NCBI GenBank assembly: GCA_027023425.1
Contig: JALVVL010000017.1
Location: forward strand, 12,942-76,941
Source: Anaerolineales bacterium
Lineage (GTDB): Bacteria; Chloroflexota; Anaerolineae; Anaerolineales; DRMV01
Direction of reading: 5' to 3'
DNA length: 64,000 nt
Under the pieces are notes generated by a model. The model did not search any database, was not told the origin of the DNA, and saw nothing but the letters and a program-made list of their open reading frames with translations. Positions 9,091-17,822 of this stretch are shown in pieces. The position numbers and the translations under genes were made by a program. Within the stretch, counting starts at the first letter, position 1; each line of letters begins with the position of its first letter.

Positions 9091-9194
9091 CGCCCTCACC
9101 ACTCCCCCAGAGCCTTGCTTCGCGGCGGCTCAGCCCCCTCTCCTCTCCCACTGGGAGAGGAGAGGGGGCGCGCAGCGGGGGTAAGGTGAGGGCG
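9091..9194. repeat. family-D 104-bp palindromic repeat (cgccctcacc...ccccctctcctctccca.tgggagaggagaggggg...ggtgagggcg)
   Basis: Near-identical to 42522-42625 in the same orientation. Both the outer and inner arms are self-complementary. Confidence 0.8.
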
Positions 9195-9387
9195 AAAAGC
9201 CACTGCCGCGCTTGTGGGTGGGTAATTACAAAAATTCTGCATTGTTTTGGCAGTATTTCAGAACGCGAAAGCAACAATCCACAGCCGATGCTGGGTTAAG
9301 TGTAACATATCGCGGTAGAATGTAAGCCAAGTCTTGCCGAAGAGCACAGCCATCTCAAAGCAACTTTTTCACCAGGAACGGGTTTTA

Positions 9388-9993
9388 ATGGACAGCACCG
9401 ACTTGGAGCAACTGACCGACAGCCAAATAGTTGAACTGGCGCGCAACGGCAACAAAGAAGCCTTCGGAGTGCTCTATCAGCGTTACGTCCAACGGATTTA
9501 CAGTTATGTTTACTACCGCGTGGGCAACGCACAAGAGGCGGAAGACCTCACTGGCAGGGTCTTCCTAAAAGCATGGCAACACATTGAACGGTATGAAGAG
9601 CGCGGGCTTCCTTTCACGGCCTACCTTTACCGCATTGCGCACAACTTGGTGGCAAACTGGCACCGCGACCAAAGCCGCCGCAAGGAAATCCCCATTGATG
9701 ACACCGCGTGGCAACTGCGCTCTTCGGCAGAGCAACATCCAGAGCATCAACTGCTTGAGCAAGAACGCCACGAACAACTACTCGCCGTAATCCGCAAATT
9801 GCCGCCGGAGCGGCAGGAACTGCTGATTCTGAAATTTGTGGAGCGGCTTTCAAATGCCGAAATAGGGCAAATCATGGGGCGCACCGAGGGAGCGATAAAG
9901 AGCCTTTACCACCGCACCTTGATTGCCTTGAGGGCTGAACTGGCAAAGTTAGAGGAAAAAGAACAGCAGCCCAAGCAAGAACATCGGAGATAA
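9388..9993 (+). CDS. ECF-type RNA polymerase sigma factor (sigma-70 family)
   Basis: Region 2 (FGVLYQRY...YVYYRVGN..AEDLT..VF) and region 4 (LPPERQELLILKFVERLSNAEIGQIMGRTEGAIKSLYHR). ATG 9388 is preferred over the TTG at 9334. Confidence 0.85.
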   Translation: MDSTDLEQLTDSQIVELARNGNKEAFGVLYQRYVQRIYSYVYYRVGNAQEAEDLTGRVFLKAWQHIERYEERGLPFTAYLYRIAHNLVANWHRDQSRRKEIPIDDTAWQLRSSAEQHPEHQLLEQERHEQLLAVIRKLPPERQELLILKFVERLSNAEIGQIMGRTEGAIKSLYHRTLIALRAELAKLEEKEQQPKQEHRR

Positions 9994-9995
9994 AA

Positions 9996-10271
9996 ATGCC
10001 CCGCCTTTGGCGCAACAACCGCGAGCCTAAAGAAGAAGAACTACGCTCTTTGGAAGAGGAACTACGCGCGGCTTTGCGGCCTGTGCAAGCCGATGAAGAA
10101 TTTATACAGCGCTTTGAAGAGCACTTGTTGACGCCGCGCACGCTGGGGGTCTATCAAGCGCGCTCATGGGAGCAAAGTTGGGTTTTGCTCGGCTCAATCA
10201 CCGGCACATTGCTTGGGCTGGCGGTGTTGGGCATCTGGGTGTGGTGGAGAAAAAAGGCAAGGGAAGATTAA
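9996..10271 (+). CDS. putative anti-sigma factor, small single-pass membrane protein
   Basis: Starts 2 nt after the sigma stop. It has a charged N-terminal half and one C-terminal TM (WVLLGSITGTLLGLAVLGIWVWW). There is no zinc anti-sigma motif, so the call rests on position only. Confidence 0.4.
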   Translation: MPRLWRNNREPKEEELRSLEEELRAALRPVQADEEFIQRFEEHLLTPRTLGVYQARSWEQSWVLLGSITGTLLGLAVLGIWVWWRKKARED

Positions 10272-11065
10272 TCCCCCACATGACGCATCAAAGCACGGGC
10301 AACCGTAACAGCATAAACCTCCCGAGCGCCGGCAACGACCAAAGCCGACGCGGCGGCATCCAAGGTAGCGCCGGTAGTCATCACATCATCTACCAAAAGC
10401 AAAGTCCTACCTTCTACCAAATGCGAATGGGGGGCTAAAAAAGCGCCAGCCACGTTTTGCCGACGCTCGGCCGCGCTCAACCCAACCTGCGAGCGGGTTT
10501 CGCGCACGCGAACCAAAGCCTTCCCCAAATACGGCTTGCCAAGACCCAAAGCCAGCGGAAAAGCCAGCGGAAAAGCCAGCAAAGCGGCTTGGTTGTAGCC
10601 GCGCTGTTTTCGCCTCTGCTTGCCGAGTGGAACCGGCAGAACGCCGTCCAAACCCCATCCCGCATCCAGCACCAAAGTAAGCAGTTGAGCGGCAAGCACA
10701 TCGGCAAGCGCCAAATCGCGGCGGTATTTGAGGTGATGCACGGCCTTACGAACACTGCCAGTCATAACCGCCCACGAGCGCGCCGCCCTGAAAGCGGGTG
10801 GGTGCTCTGCGCAAGAGCGGCACACTCTGCGCCCATCAGGCCACAGCACAGGAGAGCCGCCAAGGGGGCCTCCGCAAACCTCACACAGCGGCGGCGGAGG
10901 CTTAGGAGCAGCGGCAAGACAGGCATCGCAAAAACGGGCGCCGACGCGCCCGCAGCCAACGCACTTAGGCGGGAAAAGCCAATCAAGTGCGCTCCAAGGC
11001 AGACGATAAAGCAGGTAAAACAAACGATTTTTGTGTTCGGTTACCCCATTTTCAATTTTCGCCAA
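10268..11065 (-). CDS. comF: ComF family protein (ComFC-like phosphoribosyltransferase)
   Basis: N-terminal Cys clusters CVGCG..CDAC and CEVCG..CRSC. C-terminal PRTase motif LLLVDDVMTTGATL. Apparent TTG start. Confidence 0.8.
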   Translation of the reverse strand: MAKIENGVTEHKNRLFYLLYRLPWSALDWLFPPKCVGCGRVGARFCDACLAAAPKPPPPLCEVCGGPLGGSPVLWPDGRRVCRSCAEHPPAFRAARSWAVMTGSVRKAVHHLKYRRDLALADVLAAQLLTLVLDAGWGLDGVLPVPLGKQRRKQRGYNQAALLAFPLAFPLALGLGKPYLGKALVRVRETRSQVGLSAAERRQNVAGAFLAPHSHLVEGRTLLLVDDVMTTGATLDAAASALVVAGAREVYAVTVARALMRHVGD

Positions 11066-11077
11066 AGTGATGCAGGT

Positions 11078-12028
11078 TTAGAAACCGTTGCCGCCCACAA
11101 ACATTTGAATCACGATCATAACAGCAGGGCCGAGCAACACGATAAAAAGCGCTGGCATAACCAAAAACACCAACGGGAAAAGCATTTTCACCGGTGCCTG
11201 ATGCGCCTTTTCTTCGGCTCGCTGGCGGCGCTTAGTGCGCATGTTTTCCGCCTGAATGAGCAAAACTTTGCCCAAACTCACCCCCAATTGCTCACTTTGG
11301 ATAATCGCGGCCACAAAACTGCTCATTTCGGGCAGGCCAACACGGTCTGCCATATCGCGCAGCGCTTCGCGGCGACTCTTACCGAGTTGAATTTCTCGCA
11401 AAACCCGCCCAAACTCAAAAGCAAGTTCGTTATCCCACTTCTCCACCACCTTGCTCATTGCGCCGTCAAAACCCAAACCAGCGCCCACACAAATGGTGAG
11501 CAGATCCAAGGCGTCGGGCAAAGCCCGCAGGATGTTTTCTTGGCGCCGGCGTATTTTGCTTTTGAGCCAAAGGTCGGGCAAATAGTAACCCAAAACGGCA
11601 AAAATTATGCCAAACAGTAGGGCTTTTGAATGAAAACTCTTGTTGTGTGAGATTCTGAGCAATAAAAACGTTCCCCCGCCAAATACAATCAGCGAGACAA
11701 AGCGCAAGGCAATAAAGGTGCTTGCTTCAAGACCATTGGGACGACCAGCGAGTTCAAGATTGCGCTGGGCGGTTTCTATAGCATTCTGAGGGGTGAATTT
11801 CAGCGCCAACTCCCCGAGCCAACGGCCCAGAGGTTTGAGAACGCGCTCCGAGAAGGGTTGCTCAAGTTCTATTTCTTCCAAGGAATGAATTTCGCGCCCC
11901 GAATCAACGTATTCTGCCAAGCGCGCCTGCAGCGGGTCTTCTTCGGTTTCCCGCTCCTTCAACCCCATTATCGCCAGCAAAATAGCGCCTATAACCAAAA
12001 ACCCTAAAATCAACCAAACAACAAGCAT
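11078..12028 (-). CDS. tadC: Tad pilus inner-membrane platform protein TadC (T2SS-F family)
   Basis: 316 aa with an N-terminal TM, a T2SSF-type helical domain and C-terminal TMs. It is adjacent to tadB and tadA. Confidence 0.8.
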   Translation of the reverse strand: MLVVWLILGFLVIGAILLAIMGLKERETEEDPLQARLAEYVDSGREIHSLEEIELEQPFSERVLKPLGRWLGELALKFTPQNAIETAQRNLELAGRPNGLEASTFIALRFVSLIVFGGGTFLLLRISHNKSFHSKALLFGIIFAVLGYYLPDLWLKSKIRRRQENILRALPDALDLLTICVGAGLGFDGAMSKVVEKWDNELAFEFGRVLREIQLGKSRREALRDMADRVGLPEMSSFVAAIIQSEQLGVSLGKVLLIQAENMRTKRRQRAEEKAHQAPVKMLFPLVFLVMPALFIVLLGPAVMIVIQMFVGGNGF

Positions 12029-12038
12029 TGGCTATACC

Positions 12039-13022
12039 TCAAATGTCAATATCCGCGACTTTCTGCATAGCAATGTAACCAGCGATAATCATCAACAAAC
12101 CCGTTCCAAGAATGCAATAACCAACCGGCTTAAGGGCCGGGTTATCAGGGTGCAACATTTGCCCCATGTAGGAAGGGTTGATGCGGTAAATGATGAAAAA
12201 GAGCAAAATGGGCATAATCGCCAACGCCGTCCCCGAAAAGCGCACCTGCGAAGTAAGCACCCTTATTTCGCCCTTGAGTTTTACCCGCTCGCGGATGGTA
12301 TCGGAAATTGATTCAAGCACATCGGCAAGGTTGCCGCCCACTTCGCGCTGGATGTTGATGGCCGTAATCACAAGGTCAAGGTCGTCGCTGGGGATGCGAC
12401 GAAGCAAATTGTCAAGCGCCACTTCCAGCGGGATGCCGATTTGCACCTCCTGCACCACACGGCGAAACTCGGTGGAAACGGGATACGGCATTTCGCGGCT
12501 CACTGCCTCAAGCGCCTGTAAGGTGGAATAACCGGCCCGCAAGCCATTTACCATCAAGTTCAACAAATCGGGAAGTTGATCGTTGAACATGCGCACACGA
12601 CGCTTCTGACGCCATTTCAAGAAAAAGCCGAGCGAATAGTAGCCCAAGACGAGTCCGGTGACCGTAAAGAGAATACTGCCGCCGCCAATTGCATAGCCGA
12701 GGAGAAGACCGAGCGCAGTTAGCCCTATGCGGACAAACACATATTCCAACGGTTTCAAGCGGACATCGGCACGGGCAAGATCCCGCGAGATTTTCTCCCA
12801 CCAACTGGTCTGCTCCAAGCGGCGGTCTAAGTGCGCCTGCACACCGCTTTCTTCGGCTCTGGTGGCGTCTTGGGCAAATTCATCGTCCTCAAAATAGCCT
12901 TCTAAGCGCTGGTCAACCAATGAGCGATTGGCGCGCATGGTCAAAACAGCGCCTATTATCAACAGCAAAAACGCCAAGCCGCCTCCGGCGATCAAAATGA
13001 GCATAGGATTCAAACCAGCCAT
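12039..13022 (-). CDS. tadB: Tad pilus inner-membrane platform protein TadB (T2SS-F family)
   Basis: 327 aa with the same architecture as TadC. It follows the CpaF ATPase gene. Confidence 0.8.
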   Translation of the reverse strand: MAGLNPMLILIAGGGLAFLLLIIGAVLTMRANRSLVDQRLEGYFEDDEFAQDATRAEESGVQAHLDRRLEQTSWWEKISRDLARADVRLKPLEYVFVRIGLTALGLLLGYAIGGGSILFTVTGLVLGYYSLGFFLKWRQKRRVRMFNDQLPDLLNLMVNGLRAGYSTLQALEAVSREMPYPVSTEFRRVVQEVQIGIPLEVALDNLLRRIPSDDLDLVITAINIQREVGGNLADVLESISDTIRERVKLKGEIRVLTSQVRFSGTALAIMPILLFFIIYRINPSYMGQMLHPDNPALKPVGYCILGTGLLMIIAGYIAMQKVADIDI

Positions 13023-13040
13023 AAACGCACCTCTTGACTA

Positions 13041-14423
13041 TTACTTTCGCCGCGGTGAGCCTATGCCGAACACAGAAGCGGGCAGATGAATGCCGGCAGC
13101 CTCTATTTTATCCATGAATTTAGGCCGCAAGCCGGTGGGGGTTAGACGACCGTAGACTTTGCCGTCTCGGAAACCGCCGTGCTGAAAGACGAACAAATCG
13201 GTCATGGTGATAACGTCGCCTTCCATGCCGGTAACCTCGGTGATAGCAACCACCTTACGGGAGCCATCGCGCATTCTGGATTGATGCACCACCAAATCAA
13301 TAGCCGAAGCAATTTGTTCGCGGATGGCGCGCACGGGCAGTTCCATGCCGGCCATCAAGGTCATCGTTTCCACACGCGAGAGGGTATCGCGCGGGCTGTT
13401 TGAGTGGACAGTGGTCATTGAACCTTCGTGACCGGTGTTCATAGCCTGAAGCATATCCAAAGCCTCAGCGCCGCGCACCTCGCCCACGATAATGCGGTCG
13501 GGGCGCATACGCAAGGCGTTAATCACCAATTGACGAATGGTCACCTCGCCGCGCCCCTCAATGTTCGGCGGGCGAGATTCCAAAGTCACCACATGCTCCT
13601 GCCGCAATTGAAGTTCGGCCGCGTTTTCAATGGTGATAATACGCTCATCCGCGGGGATAAAACTGGAAAGGATGTTCAGAAGGGTGGTTTTACCGGAGCC
13701 AGTACCGCCCGAAATAACGATGTTCAAGCGGGCTTTTACACAAGCCTCAAGGAACTGAACTGCCTCGGGGGTGATAGAGCCGAATCTTATCAAATCATCA
13801 ACCGTAAGCGGCGTTTTGAAGAACTTACGGATGGTGACAACCGGCCCCACAAGCGAAATTGGGGGAATTACGATGTTGACGCGCGAGCCATCGGGCAAAC
13901 GAGCGTCAACGTAAGGGCTGGATTCGTCAACACGACGGCCTAAAGGGGCAACTATGCGCTCAATTATGCGCATCACGTGGTCATCATCCTCAAAAGCAAC
14001 CGGCACCCGCTGAAGTTTGCCCTTGCGCTCCACATAGATGTTCTTAGGCCCATTCACCATAATTTCGGTGATGCTATCGTCATCCAGCAAAGGTTGCAAT
14101 GGACCCAAGCCCAAAATTTCGGCCGCGATGGCCTCAAAAAGGCGCTGGCGCTCAGAGCGAGCAAGTACTATGCTCTCTTCCGCAAGGATCTGCTCAAAAA
14201 GTTCGCGAATAGTGCGCCGCACTTCCTCGGTTTTGCTGATGTCCATAGCAGGGTCAAGTTCGGCAAGCAACCGCTGCTGAACGCGAGTTTTCAAATCAGC
14301 AAAGCCGGACTGCGCGGTTTGCGGAGCGGGTTGGCGGCGCGCATGTAGCCTCCCCCGCTGAAGTGAGGGACGCTGCGAAGCGGCACTTTCAGAACCGCGG
14401 TCAATCTTTTTCAACAAAGACAC
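13041..14423 (-). CDS. tadA: Tad pilus secretion ATPase CpaF/TadA
   Basis: Walker A GGTGSGKTT, Asp box, VGEVRG, and His box TGHEGSMTTVHSN. GTG start with a gggagg RBS. Confidence 0.9.
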   Translation of the reverse strand: MSLLKKIDRGSESAASQRPSLQRGRLHARRQPAPQTAQSGFADLKTRVQQRLLAELDPAMDISKTEEVRRTIRELFEQILAEESIVLARSERQRLFEAIAAEILGLGPLQPLLDDDSITEIMVNGPKNIYVERKGKLQRVPVAFEDDDHVMRIIERIVAPLGRRVDESSPYVDARLPDGSRVNIVIPPISLVGPVVTIRKFFKTPLTVDDLIRFGSITPEAVQFLEACVKARLNIVISGGTGSGKTTLLNILSSFIPADERIITIENAAELQLRQEHVVTLESRPPNIEGRGEVTIRQLVINALRMRPDRIIVGEVRGAEALDMLQAMNTGHEGSMTTVHSNSPRDTLSRVETMTLMAGMELPVRAIREQIASAIDLVVHQSRMRDGSRKVVAITEVTGMEGDVITMTDLFVFQHGGFRDGKVYGRLTPTGLRPKFMDKIEAAGIHLPASVFGIGSPRRK

Positions 14424-14435
14424 CTTTCACCTCCC

Positions 14436-15650
14436 TCACATAGCGGCCACAGATTCCAATTCGGTCAAACGGCGGCGAACCACCTCGGCCATCTTCAGGA
14501 TGGCCCGCGAAACCTGCGCCCCGCGACTCGCCTTGAGCACAGGAACGCCTTTGTTGATGGCAGGCAACACCGCCCGCACATCGCTGGGAATCACGATTTC
14601 CACCGGATGGTGATAAGTATCGCCGACGCGTTGAGGGGTAATGCCAATTCGTTTGTCAAATTTATTCATGGCGATCAAAATTCGCTCAAAGGGAGCGTCG
14701 GCGCGCCGCATCCAATCCAAAAACAGGCGGCCATCCTTAATTGAAGGGATTTCCTGCGAAATCACAAGCACCACCAAATCGCTGGCGTCAAGCGCCGCGA
14801 CTGCAACATCGTTCAAGGAAGAAGGAGTATCCACCACCACATATTCATACATGCCCCGCAAAAAGCGCAAAATCTGCCCAAATTGCTCGCCGTTTACCTT
14901 AGAAGCGTCATCAGGGCGAGTGGGGGCGGCCAAAATGCTAACTCCCGTGCCTTCATGTTGCACCATCACGCTGCTAACTACTTCAGGCTCAAGTTCAGCA
15001 GCGCGCGGAGCAAGGTCAACAATGGTATGACGGCCATGCTCATTCATCACAATAGCCACATCACCAAATTCCATATCACCATCTACAATTGCCGCCGGGG
15101 TATCAGGAGTATGAAGGGCGACAGCAAGGTTTACAGCCAAAGTTGTAGTACCAAGGCCCCCTTTGGGCGAAAAAAGAGTTATCACTTTGCCGGTAGCCGC
15201 TGTTGCCGAGGCCCCGCCATGAGATGCAGATGCGGACGGAACTTGCGAGGCCAATTTCGCCCGCTCCTCGTGTGCAAGAGCACCAGCGCGTCGCACCGCC
15301 CTCACAAGTTCATCAATGTTGGGCGGTTTGGTGAGAAAATCGCGCGCCCCAGCCAGCATAGCGCGGCGCATATACTCAACCTCGCCTTGAACCGACAAAA
15401 TCACAATCTGAGCGTAAGGCAAACGCTCGCGGATTTTCTCGGTCGCCGTGATCCCGTCCATATCGGGCATATTAATGTCCATGACCACGACGTCCGGCTT
15501 CAATCGTTCTGCGAGCGAAATGGCCTCCTTGCCATTTCCGGCAACCCCAACCACCTCAACTGAGGGCTCAAACTGCAAAAGTTTGCGCACGTTCTCACGG
15601 GTTTCAGGTATATCGTCCACAATGAGAACAGAAATTCGTTCCTCAGGCAT
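14436..15650 (-). CDS. response-regulator receiver fused to CpaE/TadZ-type ParA/MinD ATPase
   Basis: REC motifs VLIVDD and VVVMDINMPDMDG (acceptor Asp). Then a MinD-like domain with the deviant P-loop FSPKGGLGTTT. ATG 15650; a GTG at 15659 is the alternative. Confidence 0.8.
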   Translation of the reverse strand: MPEERISVLIVDDIPETRENVRKLLQFEPSVEVVGVAGNGKEAISLAERLKPDVVVMDINMPDMDGITATEKIRERLPYAQIVILSVQGEVEYMRRAMLAGARDFLTKPPNIDELVRAVRRAGALAHEERAKLASQVPSASASHGGASATAATGKVITLFSPKGGLGTTTLAVNLAVALHTPDTPAAIVDGDMEFGDVAIVMNEHGRHTIVDLAPRAAELEPEVVSSVMVQHEGTGVSILAAPTRPDDASKVNGEQFGQILRFLRGMYEYVVVDTPSSLNDVAVAALDASDLVVLVISQEIPSIKDGRLFLDWMRRADAPFERILIAMNKFDKRIGITPQRVGDTYHHPVEIVIPSDVRAVLPAINKGVPVLKASRGAQVSRAILKMAEVVRRRLTELESVAAM

Positions 15651-15692
15651 ACTCCTCACCTCGTTCCAGCGCCTTACAGCAGAAATAAATCA

Positions 15693-16838
15693 TCAACGCT
15701 CTTGGGGCGCCTGTGCCGCTTCGGGCGATTTTTGCGACTGTGGCATCTTGCCAACCGCCGGCTCAAGGTCATAAGGCAAGCGCGCCGGTTGTACAACACC
15801 ATATTTGCCCATGATGTACGAGAGCGTAACCGCATCGGTTGAAATTTGAGCATTGTCATCGGCCGCGCGGAGTGCCAATGTGAGTGACACATGGCGGTCA
15901 AGCAAGTACTTCAGCGTCACCGCATCTTGCGGAGAAACGATCAAGGTAACGATGTCAGGCTTATTGCTCACCTGCATCTCCTCGGTGTTTTCCTCTTCCA
16001 CCTGGCCACGCGCCTGCGGAGGAGGTGTAGGGCGCGGCTTCGCTCCGGGCTTGCCGCCGTTGGGTGCCTCTTCTTCTTGCTTTTTCTTCTGCCCAAGCGG
16101 GAATTCACCCACATAAAGCACTGCCGCGTTGGGAATTATCATCTGAGTAACCAAACGCGGGCGCTGGGGCTCAGAAGGAATCAAGTAAAAAGGCACACCC
16201 AATTTCTCATCCTCGGTACCATGGCCAAGATACACGTCGCTGGCCTCAATTCCGGCCGTTAGTGTTTGACCCTTTTCAGAAGTTTGCGGCGGGTAAACCA
16301 CCCCCACCTTGTCGGGCAAAACGCTTTGAAAGTCGGGGTCAACATCCACAAAGGGGAAAGAAGCGATAATAGCCACATGGTCGCCCGGGCGGACAGCGTA
16401 AGCCACGCCGCTAAGCCGATCCATCGGGATAGAAATAGCCACCGAGCCCGGGGCAATCTGCAAAGCGGCCAATGAACCTTCGGAACTAACCGAAAGTTTT
16501 TCCGCCACATCTGCTTTGGTTAGGAACATGCCTTGCGGCAAATCCCGGACGGCGCGCTTGCCTATCACCTGCTTAGGGTTGGTGACTTGCGAAGCGATCA
16601 CCTTGTCCGCAGGCAACTCCACCTCGGTAAGCATATTTTCGGTGATCTTGGTGCCGCGCTTGATGGGCTGAGCCGCAACCACGACTTTCACCGTTTGAAC
16701 TTGCTGAGCCGCCTTCCCACCACCAGAAGCGCCGGCGTTCGGCTTAGGAGCGGCGTTGCGCTTCATCCAAAACACAAGCGCAAGGACAGCAAATAGCAAA
16801 ATCAGAGCCAGCAAAATCAAAACCCGACCTATTTTCAT
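15693..16838 (-). CDS. cpaB: Flp pilus assembly protein CpaB/RcpC-like
   Basis: N-terminal TM followed by a SAF-like segment (VVVAAQPIKRGTKITENML). First gene of the tad block. aggagg RBS. Contains a low-complexity K/E/P-rich insertion. Confidence 0.7.
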   Translation of the reverse strand: MKIGRVLILLALILLFAVLALVFWMKRNAAPKPNAGASGGGKAAQQVQTVKVVVAAQPIKRGTKITENMLTEVELPADKVIASQVTNPKQVIGKRAVRDLPQGMFLTKADVAEKLSVSSEGSLAALQIAPGSVAISIPMDRLSGVAYAVRPGDHVAIIASFPFVDVDPDFQSVLPDKVGVVYPPQTSEKGQTLTAGIEASDVYLGHGTEDEKLGVPFYLIPSEPQRPRLVTQMIIPNAAVLYVGEFPLGQKKKQEEEAPNGGKPGAKPRPTPPPQARGQVEEENTEEMQVSNKPDIVTLIVSPQDAVTLKYLLDRHVSLTLALRAADDNAQISTDAVTLSYIMGKYGVVQPARLPYDLEPAVGKMPQSQKSPEAAQAPQER

Positions 16839-16988
16839 TTCAACCTCCTACAAGAAAGCCTTCTGCAGACTTTGCTAAAATATACCACACGATGCAGACA
16901 TCTAACATCTACAAAACATTACATTTTTTACTCCCATTTACTCTCCCAATTAGTGTACCATCTAAATTCCCAAATCCCCAACGAAATT

Positions 16989-17801
16989 TTATGTCCCCGG
17001 CACCCACTGAATGCTCGCCAAATGGAAATGGAGCGCAACTGCATAAACTGCAACGGTATACACGACCAAAACAGCAACAAACGCAAAATCGCGGGCATGA
17101 ATTCTCATTTGGCGGTAGTAAGTGCGATGTTTCAGCGCTCCGAAGGCTTTGGCCTCCATTGCAAGCGCGGTGCGCTCAGATTTGCGAATTGCGGAAGCCA
17201 GCAAGGGGATAGCGTAACGCCGCACCTTCGCAAACACCCCGCGCAAGCCACCTTCTCCTCCAACGCCGCGCACTTGATGAGCCATGCGAATAAGCGCCAA
17301 CTCGCGACGCATCAGCGGTAAAAACCTATACGAAATCAAAATCCCATACCCAAAGCGATAGGGCACCTTTAGATTTTGCACCAAACTCAGAGCAAAATCC
17401 GTGGGGTCGGTGGTGGCAATAAAAACCAACGAAACGGCCACAAATACGGCAACCCTAAGCCCAAGACCTAAGCCAGCCATCAATCCTTCGCGGCTGAGGG
17501 TCCAAATTCCCCAATGCCAAATTATATGCGGATTGGAATAACGGCTCAGGTCGGCAAACAAGGCGTTGAAAGCGGCTATCGGCAGCGGCAAAACGGCAAT
17601 CGGCACGCTCCAACGGAGCATCTGCTTGAAAGGAATTTGCCCAAAAAGCCACGCCGTCAGCCAAAGGGCAAGTAGCAACATGCCGGGGATGAAGGGGGCA
17701 AAAGCCGTAGTGGCAGCGGCGGCCACTACGGCAAGCCCCAAAAGTTTCATCGCCGGATTCAGGCTGTGCAATGCAGAAGGGCGGTGAATGTAGGTGAACA
17801 T
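16989..17801 (-). CDS. energy-coupling-factor transporter transmembrane subunit (EcfT/CbiQ family)
   Basis: 270-aa polytopic protein with N-terminal HSLNPAMKLL and the C-terminal ERTALAMEAKAFG signature. No ecfA genes are adjacent. Confidence 0.75.
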   Translation of the reverse strand: MFTYIHRPSALHSLNPAMKLLGLAVVAAAATTAFAPFIPGMLLLALWLTAWLFGQIPFKQMLRWSVPIAVLPLPIAAFNALFADLSRYSNPHIIWHWGIWTLSREGLMAGLGLGLRVAVFVAVSLVFIATTDPTDFALSLVQNLKVPYRFGYGILISYRFLPLMRRELALIRMAHQVRGVGGEGGLRGVFAKVRRYAIPLLASAIRKSERTALAMEAKAFGALKHRTYYRQMRIHARDFAFVAVLVVYTVAVYAVALHFHLASIQWVPGT

Positions 17802-17822
17802 CGGAAAGCGTCGCTAAAACCC

